64,000 nucleotides of DNA from Paracoccaceae bacterium (GCA_021741245.1 JAIOYF010000004.1:350990-414989), one strand, 5' to 3'; positions 48,038 through 57,810 are shown, numbered from the stretch's first letter. Made by a program: numbers and translations. Notes: generated from the sequence alone by a model not told the origin.

Positions 48038-48055
48038 TGACACGAACCTGTCACG
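48038..48055. promoter_or_regulatory. Direct repeats TGACACG / TGTCACG with 11-nt periodicity in the tctC-tctD intergenic region
   Basis: Read directly from the sequence. The spacing fits an OmpR-family response-regulator site. Confidence 0.25.
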
Positions 48056-48102
48056 CCCAAATAAAAATGGGTGCGCCATGGCCGGGCCTTTGGGGAGGGC
48101 AG

Positions 48103-48768
48103 ATGCGGTTCTTGTTGGTCGAGGATAATGCCGAGCTTTCGGCCTCGGTCGCGGCACGGCTTGGGCTGGAGGGACATGGCGTTGACCGTGCAGGCACCTT
48201 GGCCGAGGCACAGGAGTTTTTGGCCGTTGTCACCTATGATCTGATCTTGCTTGATATCATGCTGCCGGATGGGGATGGCCGCGATTTTCTGGCACGCCAC
48301 CGCCGGGCCGAACGGGAAACGCCGGTGATCGTGATGACTGCACGCTCTGCCGTGTCTGACCGGGTGGATGCCTTGGATACCGGGGCCGATGACTATATCA
48401 CAAAACCCTTCGATTTCGCCGAGTTGGAGGCCCGCTGCCGGGCCGTCTTGCGGCGCAAAGGTGGGGCTGCACAAACCCAACGCAGCTTTGCCGACCTGAC
48501 CTTTGATCCGCTTGCCGCGACCCTGACCATCGCGGGCGAGGTGCGCGACATGCGCTCACGCGAGGTGCGGTTGATGGAACTGTTCCTCAACGCGCCGGGG
48601 CGCATCTTGTCAAAAGAGCATCTGGTGGACCGATTGTTTTCCTTTACGGAATCCGTGACCGACAATGCGATTGAGGTTTACGTGGGCCGCTTGCGCAAGA
48701 AACTGGTGGGCAGCCGTGCGCGCATAGAAACGGTGCGCGGTCTGGGCTACCGGCTGACCGATGGCTGA
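48103..48768 (+). CDS. tctD: OmpR-family response regulator
   Basis: Receiver domain (LLVEDN...DLILLDIMLPDGDG) plus a winged-helix output domain (VRGLGYRL). Confidence 0.85.
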   Translation: MRFLLVEDNAELSASVAARLGLEGHGVDRAGTLAEAQEFLAVVTYDLILLDIMLPDGDGRDFLARHRRAERETPVIVMTARSAVSDRVDALDTGADDYITKPFDFAELEARCRAVLRRKGGAAQTQRSFADLTFDPLAATLTIAGEVRDMRSREVRLMELFLNAPGRILSKEHLVDRLFSFTESVTDNAIEVYVGRLRKKLVGSRARIETVRGLGYRLTDG

Positions 48769-50140
48769 GGGCGTACGGACGCCTTCATTGCGGGCGCGCT
48801 TGGTCTGGCAGCTTTTGCTGTTGGCGGCGGCCTTGGCGCTGATCCTTTATGTCGCTGTCCGGGTCGGGGCCGAGCGGGCATCGGAGGCGACGCTTGACGC
48901 GGTTTTGGGGGCCGCCGCGCAGACCATGGCCGAAGAGATGCGCAGCGCCGAGGGTGGTTTGGTGATTGATCTGGCGCCGGGCACGTTTTCGATGCTGGCG
49001 GCCATGGGCGAAGAGAGGATTTTTTACCGCGTCGATGTCGCGGGCCAGACCGTGACCGGGTATGAGGATCTGCCCCTGCCTGTGGCGCTGCCGTCCGCCC
49101 TTGCGCCCACCTTTTACAGCGTGCCCTTTCGCGATGCCGAAATCCGGGTGGCTGCCGTTGTTCGGGCGCTGCGGATCGACGGGCGCAATGCGCCTGTGCT
49201 GGTGCTTTTGGGGCAAACGCGCGAGGGGCAGGGGGCGATTGCAAATCAACTGGGCAATCGCGCAGCGGCGCTTGGCCTTGGGGTGTTTTTGGCGGCAATC
49301 CCGCTGTCGCTGTTTCTGGCGCGGGGGCTCTTGCGCCCGATCGACCGGCTGGCCGAGGCTGTGGGGCGGCGCGGCGCGCATGATCTGCGGCCCGTGCGCC
49401 ATCCGGCCCCGGTTGAGCTTGTGCCGTTTGTGACCGCCCTGAACAGTTTCATCGGCAGATTGCGCGGCACCTTGAACCAGACCGAAACCTTTATCGCCGA
49501 AGCGGCGCACCATGTGCGCACGCCCTTGGCCGTGATCCGCAATGAGGCTGAACTTGCCCTGCGGCAATCGGGCGAGGAAGAAACCCGCGCCCGATTGCGC
49601 GGTTTGATCCGGTCTGCCGATGATGCCGCGCGGTCCACCGGGCAGTTGTTGGATCATGCGACGGTTCTCTACCGTGCCGGGCAGGCCGAGTGGGCCCCGG
49701 TTGATCTGGCGGTGCTGACGCAAGAGGTCGCCACGCGGTTGGAACCGGCGGCGGGGATGAAGGATATAGGCCTGAAATTGACCATCGCGGGCCCCTTGCC
49801 TGCGGTCGGGGACGCTGTGCTGATCGAGGCCGCGCTGCGCAACATCCTCGACAACGCCATCAAGTATTCCGAGGCGGAAACGCTGGTCGAGGTGCAGGCC
49901 CAAACCATTGGCCAAATGGCCGTCATCACGGTGTCTGACCGAGGGCGGGGGCTGAGTGGGGTCACCCATGACCGGCTGAAACGCCGGTTCCGGCGCGGCA
50001 CGAATGTGGCCGATGTGGCAGGCTCGGGCCTTGGTCTCACGATTGTGGACGAATCTGCCATTGCCATGGGCGGCAGCTTTGAACTGAAAGAACGGGACGG
50101 AGGTGGCACATGCGCAAGCTTGTCTTTGCCCTTGGCGTGA
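48761..50140 (+). CDS. tctE: Sensor histidine kinase
   Basis: Two TM segments, an H-box (EAAHHVRTPLA), and N/G boxes (NAIKYS, GSGLGLTIV). It overlaps tctD by 8 nt. Confidence 0.85.
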   Translation: MAEGVRTPSLRARLVWQLLLLAAALALILYVAVRVGAERASEATLDAVLGAAAQTMAEEMRSAEGGLVIDLAPGTFSMLAAMGEERIFYRVDVAGQTVTGYEDLPLPVALPSALAPTFYSVPFRDAEIRVAAVVRALRIDGRNAPVLVLLGQTREGQGAIANQLGNRAAALGLGVFLAAIPLSLFLARGLLRPIDRLAEAVGRRGAHDLRPVRHPAPVELVPFVTALNSFIGRLRGTLNQTETFIAEAAHHVRTPLAVIRNEAELALRQSGEEETRARLRGLIRSADDAARSTGQLLDHATVLYRAGQAEWAPVDLAVLTQEVATRLEPAAGMKDIGLKLTIAGPLPAVGDAVLIEAALRNILDNAIKYSEAETLVEVQAQTIGQMAVITVSDRGRGLSGVTHDRLKRRFRRGTNVADVAGSGLGLTIVDESAIAMGGSFELKERDGGGTCASLSLPLA

Positions 50141-51144
50141 TTTTGCTGGCCCACGTGGGGCCAAGTGGCGCCTTGGCCTTTGAGGTGGAGGCCGAGGTGC
50201 ATTTTGGCCCGACGGATGCGCGGCAGATTGCCGTGCTGTCGACGACCGATATCGCCATTCTGTCGCCCGTGATCACCGCCTATCTTGACCGCAACCCCGA
50301 TCTTGGGCTGCGCTATGTGATGGCCTCCAGCCAAGAGGTTTACCGCGCCATCGCGGATGAGGGGGCTGAATTTGATCTGGTGATCTCCTCCGCCATGGAT
50401 TTGCAGATGAAGCTGGCCAATGACGGCAAGGCCCTTTCCCTGCCAGCCGAGGCCCTTTCGAACCAGCCGGGGTGGGCGCGTTGGCGCAATCTGCTGGTGT
50501 CGGTGGCGCAAGAGCCTGTGGTGCTGATCTTGTCGGACAAGGCGCTTGCCCCCGGTCAAGAGGCCCCGCGCACAAGGCGTGATCTCATTGCCTTGCTGCG
50601 CGACCATGAGGGGCAGTTTCGCGGCAAGGTGGGCACTTATGATCCGGCCGTTTCGGGGGCGGGCTATCTGTTTGCGGCGCAAGATGCACGGCTTTCCGAT
50701 ACCTTCTGGCGGCTGGCAGAGGTGATGGGGCGCTTGGACGCGCAGCTTTATTGCTGTTCGTCGGAGATGATTGATGATCTGCGGTCGGGCCAACTGCTGG
50801 TCGGCTATAACGTCCTTGGCTCTTATGCCCTTGCCCAAGGGACCCAAGGCTATCAGGTGATCGAGCTTGAGGATTTCACCCTGACCTTGCTGCGCACGGC
50901 CCTTGTGCCACACCAAGCCGCCAATCCCACCGGGGCCTTTGATCTGCTGCAGTTCTTGCTGTCAGCGCAGGGCCAAGACCTTGTCGCCAAGGGCGCAGGC
51001 CTGCCAGCGGTGGAGGCGGCGGCCTTTGACCGCAAGCCACATTTGCGGCCCATCCGGCTTGATCCGGGGCTATTGGCGAATCTTGACCGTGTGACGCGCG
51101 CCAGATTCCTTGAGGAATGGCGCGCCGCGATGGAGCAGCCCTAA
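50110..51144 (+). CDS. Orphan periplasmic substrate-binding protein (ferric/PBP2-like)
   Basis: Signal peptide MRKLVFALGVILLAHVGPSGALA. GGAGG sits 6 nt upstream of the ATG, inside the tctE 3' end (31-nt overlap). Confidence 0.7.
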   Translation: MRKLVFALGVILLAHVGPSGALAFEVEAEVHFGPTDARQIAVLSTTDIAILSPVITAYLDRNPDLGLRYVMASSQEVYRAIADEGAEFDLVISSAMDLQMKLANDGKALSLPAEALSNQPGWARWRNLLVSVAQEPVVLILSDKALAPGQEAPRTRRDLIALLRDHEGQFRGKVGTYDPAVSGAGYLFAAQDARLSDTFWRLAEVMGRLDAQLYCCSSEMIDDLRSGQLLVGYNVLGSYALAQGTQGYQVIELEDFTLTLLRTALVPHQAANPTGAFDLLQFLLSAQGQDLVAKGAGLPAVEAAAFDRKPHLRPIRLDPGLLANLDRVTRARFLEEWRAAMEQP

Positions 51145-51803
51145 ACCCGCCCTGCCATTTGCGCCAACGGCAAAGCCAGCCGCGCCGCTGCGGCCACGCC
51201 GTCGATCAGTACAAGTTGGGTGCCCTTTGACAACTGTGGCACAAGGGCGGCCATGCCTGCACATCCCAGAACAACCGCGCTGATGCCATCCTCTGCCTCG
51301 GCAAAGGCCAGTTCTTCGGCCAGACGGGCCATGGCGGGCGGGGCTGCCTCTTCCACCTCCAGCACTGGCAGGTTTGACGGGCGGACCCGCGCACATATCC
51401 CGCCAAATCCGTAGCTTGCGATGTTTTCTTCAATCACGGGAACCGAGATGGGCAGGGTGGTCACAACCGAAAAGCGGTGGCCCAAAAGGGCAGCCATGTG
51501 AAAGGCGGCTTGACCGATGCCAATCACCGGGCAATGCGTTGCCGCACGGATTTCGGCAAGGCCTGTGTCGTCAAAACAGGCGATCACGATGCAATCCACA
51601 TCCTGTGCCTTGGCCTGTGCCAACAGACCCAAGACGCCCACCACCGCCGCCTCGCCATCGGCGGGGCCTTGAATTGCCGGGGGGCCTGCGTGGTTTGTCC
51701 AGCCCAGCACTTCATGTTCGGGCGTGGCCGCGCGGGCGGTTTCGGCGATGGACTCTGTCATCGCCACTGTCGAATTGGGGTTGATGAACAAAAGCCGCAT
51801 CAC
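51141..51803 (-). CDS. Asp/Glu/hydantoin racemase family protein
   Basis: Two catalytic-Cys motifs are present (IVIACFDD and VVLGCAGM). ~220 aa. Confidence 0.8.
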   Translation of the reverse strand: MMRLLFINPNSTVAMTESIAETARAATPEHEVLGWTNHAGPPAIQGPADGEAAVVGVLGLLAQAKAQDVDCIVIACFDDTGLAEIRAATHCPVIGIGQAAFHMAALLGHRFSVVTTLPISVPVIEENIASYGFGGICARVRPSNLPVLEVEEAAPPAMARLAEELAFAEAEDGISAVVLGCAGMAALVPQLSKGTQLVLIDGVAAAARLALPLAQMAGRV

Positions 51804-52636
51804 ACGCCCTTGCCCGCATCTGACCCGGCCTTTGCCTGCCTGCGTTGGGTCAGCCGCAGGGTCAGCAGGAACACCCCGATGATGGCAAAGGAAAAGACCG
51901 TGGTCAGCGTTCCCAGCGCAAAGATCACCGGGGTCGTCACATTGGTCGTCATCCCGTAAATCTCCAGCGGCAAGGTGTTGTAGCTGCCCGAGGTCAGCAA
52001 GGTGCGTGCAAATTCGTCATAGCTGAGCGTAAAGCCAAACAGCGCCACCCCGATCAGTGAGGGCGCGATGATGGGCAAGACCACATGGCGCAGGGTTTGC
52101 CACGGGCTTGCACCTTGGTCGCGCGCTGCCTCTTCAAACGCGGGATCGAAGCGGTTGAAAATCGCGAACATGATCAACAGGCCAAAGGGCAAGGTCCATG
52201 TCAGTTGTGATCCAAAGCCGCTGGTGGCCCAGTGCACGCCAAGCCCACCTTGCGAAAACATCAGACCCACGCCAAGGCTGATCAGGATCGACGGGATCAC
52301 AAGGCTGGCCACCACGAGTTGGAACAAGATGCCCGACCCTTTGAACTTTTTGCGAAACGCAAGCCCCCCCATGACCGAGACCACCACCGTTGTGACCATG
52401 ACCATCAGGCCAAGCGCAAATGAGCGGCGGAAACTGCCCCAGATATCCCCCACAGCCTGTTCCTCGAACAGATCGCGGAACCAATGCAACGAGGTGCCGC
52501 GCATCGGAAAGGTAAGCCCGCCCTGCGGGCCCTGAAACGACAAGATGCCGATGGTCAATGTTGGCCCGTACAGGAACAAAAGGAACAGCCCGAACACAGC
52601 GGACAGGATGTAAAAAGACCGGGGACGCTCGCTCAT
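51800..52636 (-). CDS. ABC transporter permease (PotC-like)
   Basis: 6-TM permease with an EEAARDQGAS EAA loop. Confidence 0.8.
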   Translation of the reverse strand: MSERPRSFYILSAVFGLFLLFLYGPTLTIGILSFQGPQGGLTFPMRGTSLHWFRDLFEEQAVGDIWGSFRRSFALGLMVMVTTVVVSVMGGLAFRKKFKGSGILFQLVVASLVIPSILISLGVGLMFSQGGLGVHWATSGFGSQLTWTLPFGLLIMFAIFNRFDPAFEEAARDQGASPWQTLRHVVLPIIAPSLIGVALFGFTLSYDEFARTLLTSGSYNTLPLEIYGMTTNVTTPVIFALGTLTTVFSFAIIGVFLLTLRLTQRRQAKAGSDAGKGV

Positions 52637-53521
52637 TCACAGCTCCTTGCGGATATCGACAAGACGCAACAGCGCCGAGATCATCAAAAGCACCGTAATC
52701 AACAAGATCACCGCCGTGGCCGAGGCCGAAGGGTATTGCAACAGCGCGATATCGTTGGAAATCAATCTGCCCACATTGGCCGACTGGCTGCCCGACATCA
52801 GACGCACGGTGATGAAATCGCCCATCACAAGCGTCAACACAAAGATCGACCCGATCATGATGCCCGGCTTGCACAGCGGGATGATGACATTGGTCAGGGT
52901 CTGGAACCCGGTGGCGCCGGCATCATTCGCGGCCTCCAGCAGGCTGCGGTCAATGCGCATCATGGTGTTGAAGATCGGCACCACCATGAACAGCGTGTAC
53001 AGGTGAACAAACGCCAAGATCACGGCAAAATCGGAAAACAGCAGCCACTCCAGCGGCTCATCAATCACTCCCCATGACAGCAAGGCAGAGTTTGCGATGC
53101 CGTTGCGTCCCAAAAACGGGATCCAACTGATCATGCGAATGATGTTCGATGTCCAGAACGGCACCGTGCACAGCAAAAAGAACACGGTCTGCCAGGTTTG
53201 CGAGCGGATGTGAAAGGCCAGGTAATAGGCAATGGTAAATCCGATGACCAAGGTGATGGCCCAAGTGATTGCGGCATATTTGAACGTGTTGAGGAACACC
53301 GTGTAAGTCACGGAAGATCCAAACAAAAACTCATAATTCTCAAAGCTGAAGGCGGGAATGATCGAAAACTCGGTCGCCTGCCAAAAGCTGACCACGACGA
53401 TCAGGCAGATGGGCAGGATCAAGAACAGCGCCAGCACAAGGGCCAAGGGGGCCGCCAAGAGCCAGCCCGTCAGGTTGTTCGATTTCAAGATGTTGGCTTT
53501 CGAAAGAGCGGCCATGCGCAA
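52637..53521 (-). CDS. ABC transporter permease (PotB-like)
   Basis: 6-TM permease with an LEAANDAGAT EAA loop. Confidence 0.8.
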   Translation of the reverse strand: MRMAALSKANILKSNNLTGWLLAAPLALVLALFLILPICLIVVVSFWQATEFSIIPAFSFENYEFLFGSSVTYTVFLNTFKYAAITWAITLVIGFTIAYYLAFHIRSQTWQTVFFLLCTVPFWTSNIIRMISWIPFLGRNGIANSALLSWGVIDEPLEWLLFSDFAVILAFVHLYTLFMVVPIFNTMMRIDRSLLEAANDAGATGFQTLTNVIIPLCKPGIMIGSIFVLTLVMGDFITVRLMSGSQSANVGRLISNDIALLQYPSASATAVILLITVLLMISALLRLVDIRKEL

Positions 53522-53589
53522 GTCCTTTGGGATAGGTTGGCGGGGGCCAAAAGGGGAAAAAGGCCCCCGCCGCCGTTACATCGCAGGGC

Positions 53590-54855
53590 TCACGCCGCGA
53601 TGAATTCGTTCCATTTGCGCACCATGTACTGGTTTTCGTCCATGACGGCGTTCCAGCAGGCCACGGCACCCATACGGTCATAGAACGATCCGCCGTCGCG
53701 CGTGTCGCCAGCACCGGCCAGTTTGTCGCCAAACGGGTTGGTGATGTCGCCAGCGGCGGCCTTGCCTTCGAACCAATAGCCCCACTCGTCGGCGCTCATG
53801 AATTCCTTGGAGGTTTCTGGCACGGCCGAGTAATAGCCCTGACGCATCAAGAAACCGCCAACCCAGCCCGAGAGATACCAGTTGATGTATTCATAGGCCG
53901 CATCCAGCGCCATGCCCGACAGGTTGGCCGACAGGCCGATGCCGCCACCCCATGATCGATAGCCCTCTTTCAGCGGTTGATAGACGCATGGAATACCACG
54001 CGACTTTACGGCCGTGATCGCAGGCGACCACATCGACTGAATAACGACCTCGCCCGAGGCCATCAGGTTGACGCTTTCATCGAAAGACTTCCAGAAGGCG
54101 CGGAATTGCCCGGCTTTCTTGGCCTCAGTGAAGATGCCGATGGTCTTGTCGATCTCTTCTTTGGTCATGTTGCCTTTGTCGGCATAGCTGATTTCGCCCA
54201 TGGCTTCGCAGACCATGGCCATGTCCATGATCCCGATGGACGAGATATCAAGGATAGAGGCTTTGCCCTTGAATTCCGGGTTCAACAACTCGGCCCAGCT
54301 TTCAATCGGGCGACCGATCAGGTCGGGGCGGATGCCCAGTGTATCGGCGTTATAGATTGTCGGGATCAGGGTCATCCAACCGGATTCCTCGGCGACGAAA
54401 TCCTTGCCACCCGGACCGGAGGTAAAGCCCACGCTGTGCGGGGCGGTGCCTTGGGCGATTGTGCTTTCCGGTGTCAGTTTGCCATCGCGGAAGATGCCAA
54501 CGATCTTGTCGTAGTTCTTGATTTTGCTGGTATCCATCGCCTGCAGGTTGCCTGTTGGCCAAACCTTTTTGCAGATCCAGTATTCGATATCGGCAATGTC
54601 AAAGCTGTCTGGCTGGGTTGCTGCGCGCTGTGTCACGCTGTCAGAATCCAGTGCCGTCATTTCCAGCGTAAAGCCCAAGTCCTCTTTGACCTTGGTGGCC
54701 ACTTCATTGAGGTTCGACACGCCTGTGCCGAACTGGCGCAGGGTGATGTCCTTGATCTCTTGCGCCCAGATCATCGGTGCCGGAAGGGTGGATGCGGCAA
54801 ACGCGGCGGCCCCTGTTTTCAGAAGCGAGCGGCGGCTGTATCTTATCTTGCTCAT
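53590..54855 (-). CDS. Extracellular solute-binding protein with a Tat-type signal
   Basis: SRRSLLKTGAAAFAAS twin-arginine leader and a PotD/PotF-like fold pattern. Confidence 0.8.
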   Translation of the reverse strand: MSKIRYSRRSLLKTGAAAFAASTLPAPMIWAQEIKDITLRQFGTGVSNLNEVATKVKEDLGFTLEMTALDSDSVTQRAATQPDSFDIADIEYWICKKVWPTGNLQAMDTSKIKNYDKIVGIFRDGKLTPESTIAQGTAPHSVGFTSGPGGKDFVAEESGWMTLIPTIYNADTLGIRPDLIGRPIESWAELLNPEFKGKASILDISSIGIMDMAMVCEAMGEISYADKGNMTKEEIDKTIGIFTEAKKAGQFRAFWKSFDESVNLMASGEVVIQSMWSPAITAVKSRGIPCVYQPLKEGYRSWGGGIGLSANLSGMALDAAYEYINWYLSGWVGGFLMRQGYYSAVPETSKEFMSADEWGYWFEGKAAAGDITNPFGDKLAGAGDTRDGGSFYDRMGAVACWNAVMDENQYMVRKWNEFIAA

Positions 54856-54879
54856 TCTTTTTTTCCTTTTCCTGTTGGT

Positions 54880-55857
54880 TCATGCGTTGAGGGGATGGAG
54901 AAGTTTTTCATCCCAAGCGAGGCGGATGGCATCGCCGGGCGATTTCGGATCGGCAAAGAAAATGGCCTCGGGGATCAGGGCCAGAACGTCTTGATCCCCT
55001 GCCGCGCGGGCGTTCAGGGCCACATGCGCGCCTTGATATTCGACGCTTGTCACCACGGCCTCATGCCCCTCAGCGTCCAGACGCACTGCATCGGCGCGAA
55101 TGGCAAAGCGGCCCCGTGGCAGCGACAGCACATTGTGACCGCCCATGAAACGGGCAACAAATTCTGTTTTGGGGGCGTTGAACACCTCACGTGCGGGTCC
55201 GGCCTGTTCGATCTGGGCCGCATTCATGACCACGATTTCATCAGCCAAAGCCAAAGCCTCGTCCTGCCCATGGGTGACGTGGATAAAGCTGATCCCCAAT
55301 TCGCGTTGCAGCTTTTTCAACTCGGCCCGCATTCTGATGCGCAAGAAGGGGTCCAGCGCCGACAGCGGTTCATCCAGCAACAGAACCTGCGGCCCCGTGA
55401 TCAGCGCCCGTGCCAAGGCGACGCGCTGTTGTTGCCCGCCCGACAATTGTGCCGGAAGGCGCGCGGCAAAGGCCGACATATCCACCAGTTCCAGCATTTT
55501 GCCTGCCGATGCGTGGCGGCTGGCGGCATCGACGCCTTTCATCTTCAGGCTGAAGGCCACATTATCCAGCACAGAAAGATGCGGGAAAAGCGCGTAATTC
55601 TGAAACATCATTGCCGTGCCACGTTTGGCCGGGGGCAGGGCAGAGATATCTTTGCCCGACAACAAAATTGCCCCGTCGGTCACGGTTTCATGGCCTGCGA
55701 TCATCCGCAAGGTCGAGGACTTGCCGCAGCCCGATGGCCCAAGAAGGCAAATATAGCTGCCTGCGGCAAACAGGTGGCTGACGTTGTCAACGGCAACAGC
55801 GCCACCCGCATAGCGCTTTGTCACATGGACAAGTTCAAGGTCGTGTCCGCTTCGCAT
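54880..55857 (-). CDS. ABC transporter ATP-binding protein (PotA-like)
   Basis: Walker [10 protein letters not shown], signature LSGGQQQR, Walker B LLLDEPLS. The ATG at 55857 has an AAGGA Shine-Dalgarno. Confidence 0.85.
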   Translation of the reverse strand: MRSGHDLELVHVTKRYAGGAVAVDNVSHLFAAGSYICLLGPSGCGKSSTLRMIAGHETVTDGAILLSGKDISALPPAKRGTAMMFQNYALFPHLSVLDNVAFSLKMKGVDAASRHASAGKMLELVDMSAFAARLPAQLSGGQQQRVALARALITGPQVLLLDEPLSALDPFLRIRMRAELKKLQRELGISFIHVTHGQDEALALADEIVVMNAAQIEQAGPAREVFNAPKTEFVARFMGGHNVLSLPRGRFAIRADAVRLDAEGHEAVVTSVEYQGAHVALNARAAGDQDVLALIPEAIFFADPKSPGDAIRLAWDEKLLHPLNA

Positions 55858-55865
55858 GATGTTCC

Positions 55866-55901
55866 TTTTCGCGCTGACAATCCCATGGAAAAGCGCGAAA
55901 A
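55866..55901. promoter_or_regulatory. 10-bp perfect inverted repeat TTTTCGCGCT-N16-AGCGCGAAAA abutting the ABC ATPase ribosome-binding site
   Basis: Read directly from the sequence. On the minus-strand mRNA the 3' arm runs straight into the AAGGA Shine-Dalgarno. Confidence 0.4.
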
Positions 55902-56003
55902 CGGGCGACCGCAAATAAATCCGGGAGCAAAGCCTCGATGTTTGTCTATTGCTGAAATCTTGGGCTATTGGATACGAGTGGATGCGTAAAATGTGCGCAA
56001 GAC

Positions 56004-56011
56004 TGTATACA
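56004..56011. promoter_or_regulatory. TGTATACA palindrome (GntR/FadR-type GT-N-AC core) in the divergent promoter region
   Basis: 8-bp perfect palindrome located between the ABC operon and the GntR gene. Confidence 0.25.
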
Positions 56012-56100
56012 ACTTTGTGTTCAGGTTAATCACGCCCGGCATTGCTTGCCGTTTTTTGAACTTCCGATCATGACTCACCCAAGACACAAAGGATATCACG

Positions 56101-56790
56101 ATGAGCGACGCTGTCAGCGCCATGGATGGGACCAGCATTACGGTGGCAGGGCGTCTGGCTTTGGCGATCCATGAACATCGTCTGCCTCCGGGCACAAAGC
56201 TGATTGAGGATGAGGTGGGCGAAATCTTTGGTGTCAGCCGCACCGTTGTCAGGTCAGCCTTGCAGCAATTGGCGCATGATCGGCTTGTCACCATGCAAAA
56301 GAACCGTGGCGCGCATGTGGCCCAACCCACGATCCGCGAGGCGCGTGAGGTGTTTGAGGCGCGCTCTTTGCTGGAGCCACGCACCGCGCGATCTGCGGCC
56401 GCGCGGTCCACACCCACGGATATTGCCCGCCTGCAGGCCCATATTGACGAAGAGCATCTTGCCATTCACGCGGGCGATTCTGGCCGGGCACTTCGGCTTT
56501 CGGGCTTGTTTCATGTCGAGATCGCCCGCATTGCCGATCAAGACACCATTGCCGCCTTTATTGCGCAGTTGGTGGCGCGGTCATCTTTGATTATTGCGCT
56601 TTATTGGCAAAAGCGAACGGCCCTGTGTGAAAGCCATGCCCATGACGCGCTGCTGCGAGCGCTTGCCGATGGCAAGGCGGGATTGGCCGAAGATCTGATG
56701 AAGGGGCATTTGCTGGACCTCGTCTCATCGCTTGATTTGCGAGGTGCGGCGGCGGCCCCGACCAGCCTCAAGGATGCGCTGCGGCCGTGA
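56101..56790 (+). CDS. GntR family (FadR/FCD subfamily) transcriptional regulator
   Basis: Winged HTH (EDEVGEIFGVSRTVVRSALQQL) plus a helical FCD-like C-terminal domain. Confidence 0.85.
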   Translation: MSDAVSAMDGTSITVAGRLALAIHEHRLPPGTKLIEDEVGEIFGVSRTVVRSALQQLAHDRLVTMQKNRGAHVAQPTIREAREVFEARSLLEPRTARSAAARSTPTDIARLQAHIDEEHLAIHAGDSGRALRLSGLFHVEIARIADQDTIAAFIAQLVARSSLIIALYWQKRTALCESHAHDALLRALADGKAGLAEDLMKGHLLDLVSSLDLRGAAAAPTSLKDALRP

Positions 56791-56822
56791 CCATCGGTCA
56801 TCGACGCAGCGCCCAGTCCAGA

Positions 56823-57602
56823 TCAGGGGGCAAGGGTGATCCAGACCGGCACGTGGTCCGACGGTTTGTCGCCCGCGCGTACCTCTTTATCAATGCCCAC
56901 GCCCGTCAGGCGGTCGGCAGCCTGCGGCGATAAAAGCAGGTGATCAATGCGGATGCCGTTGTTCCGTTCCCAGGCATTGGCCTGATAATCCCAGAACGAA
57001 TAATGCCCCGGCCCCTGCACCCGCGCCCGAAATGCATCGGTCAGGCCAAGATTGAGCATCTTGCGATAAGCTTCGCGTGTTTGTGGCAGATAGAGCGCGT
57101 CGTCCTTCCAGGCCTCTGGTTTTGCGGCATCTTCGGCCTGTGGGATAACATTATAGTCGCCTGCGCAGACAAACGCTTCTTCCGCCGACAGCATTGCGCG
57201 CACCCGCGCCTCCATGCGAGCCATCCATGCCAGTTTGTAATCATATTTCGGCCCTGGAACCGGATTGCCGTTGGGCAGGTAAAGACCACAGACCCGAACC
57301 GGACGCTCTGCCATGACAACCGCTTCGATCCAGCGGGATTGCTCATCACTGTCATCTCCGGGCAGGCCACGGCTGACATCTTCAAGCGGCAGACGCGACA
57401 AGATGGCCACGCCGTTAAAGCCCTTTTGACCGTGGGTTTCTACCCGGTATCCCATGTCTTCAAAAAGCTCGCGGGGAAACCCTTCATCAACGGATTTGAT
57501 CTCTTGTAGGCAGACCACATCGGGGGTTTTGGCCGAAAGCCAGCGGGGCAGGGCCTCAATCCTTGCTTTGATCCCGTTGATGTTGAACGTGGCGATGTGC
57601 AT
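56823..57602 (-). CDS. xthA: Exodeoxyribonuclease III
   Basis: MHIATFNINGI N-terminus, CLQE, and a C-terminal SDHVPV motif. Confidence 0.9.
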   Translation of the reverse strand: MHIATFNINGIKARIEALPRWLSAKTPDVVCLQEIKSVDEGFPRELFEDMGYRVETHGQKGFNGVAILSRLPLEDVSRGLPGDDSDEQSRWIEAVVMAERPVRVCGLYLPNGNPVPGPKYDYKLAWMARMEARVRAMLSAEEAFVCAGDYNVIPQAEDAAKPEAWKDDALYLPQTREAYRKMLNLGLTDAFRARVQGPGHYSFWDYQANAWERNNGIRIDHLLLSPQAADRLTGVGIDKEVRAGDKPSDHVPVWITLAP

Positions 57603-57810
57603 GGGGCCCTCCATTTGCCCTTAGGTATCGGGCATCCTCAGACCCGAAGCAAGCCACGCCACCCAAGTGGTTCCGCCAAAGAGGACCGCCTCCACAATCA
57701 AAAAGGGAGAGGTCGAAAAATAATTCAATTTAAACGGGAAAATATCTTGTCAGAATCGCTTTTGGGTTGATAGCCTGACTTCGTTAGCTGTTTACAACCT
57801 GGAGGTTATT

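Noticed and set aside
48785-50164. 459-aa minus-strand ORF exactly mirroring tctE.
   Set aside because: The plus-strand frame carries the histidine-kinase H, N and G boxes, while the antisense product is Arg/Pro/Gln-rich nonsense.
53977-55989. 670-aa plus-strand ORF spanning the binding-protein and ATPase genes.
   Set aside because: It crosses an intergenic gap and is antisense to two genes with unmistakable SBP and ABC motifs. It has no motifs of its own.
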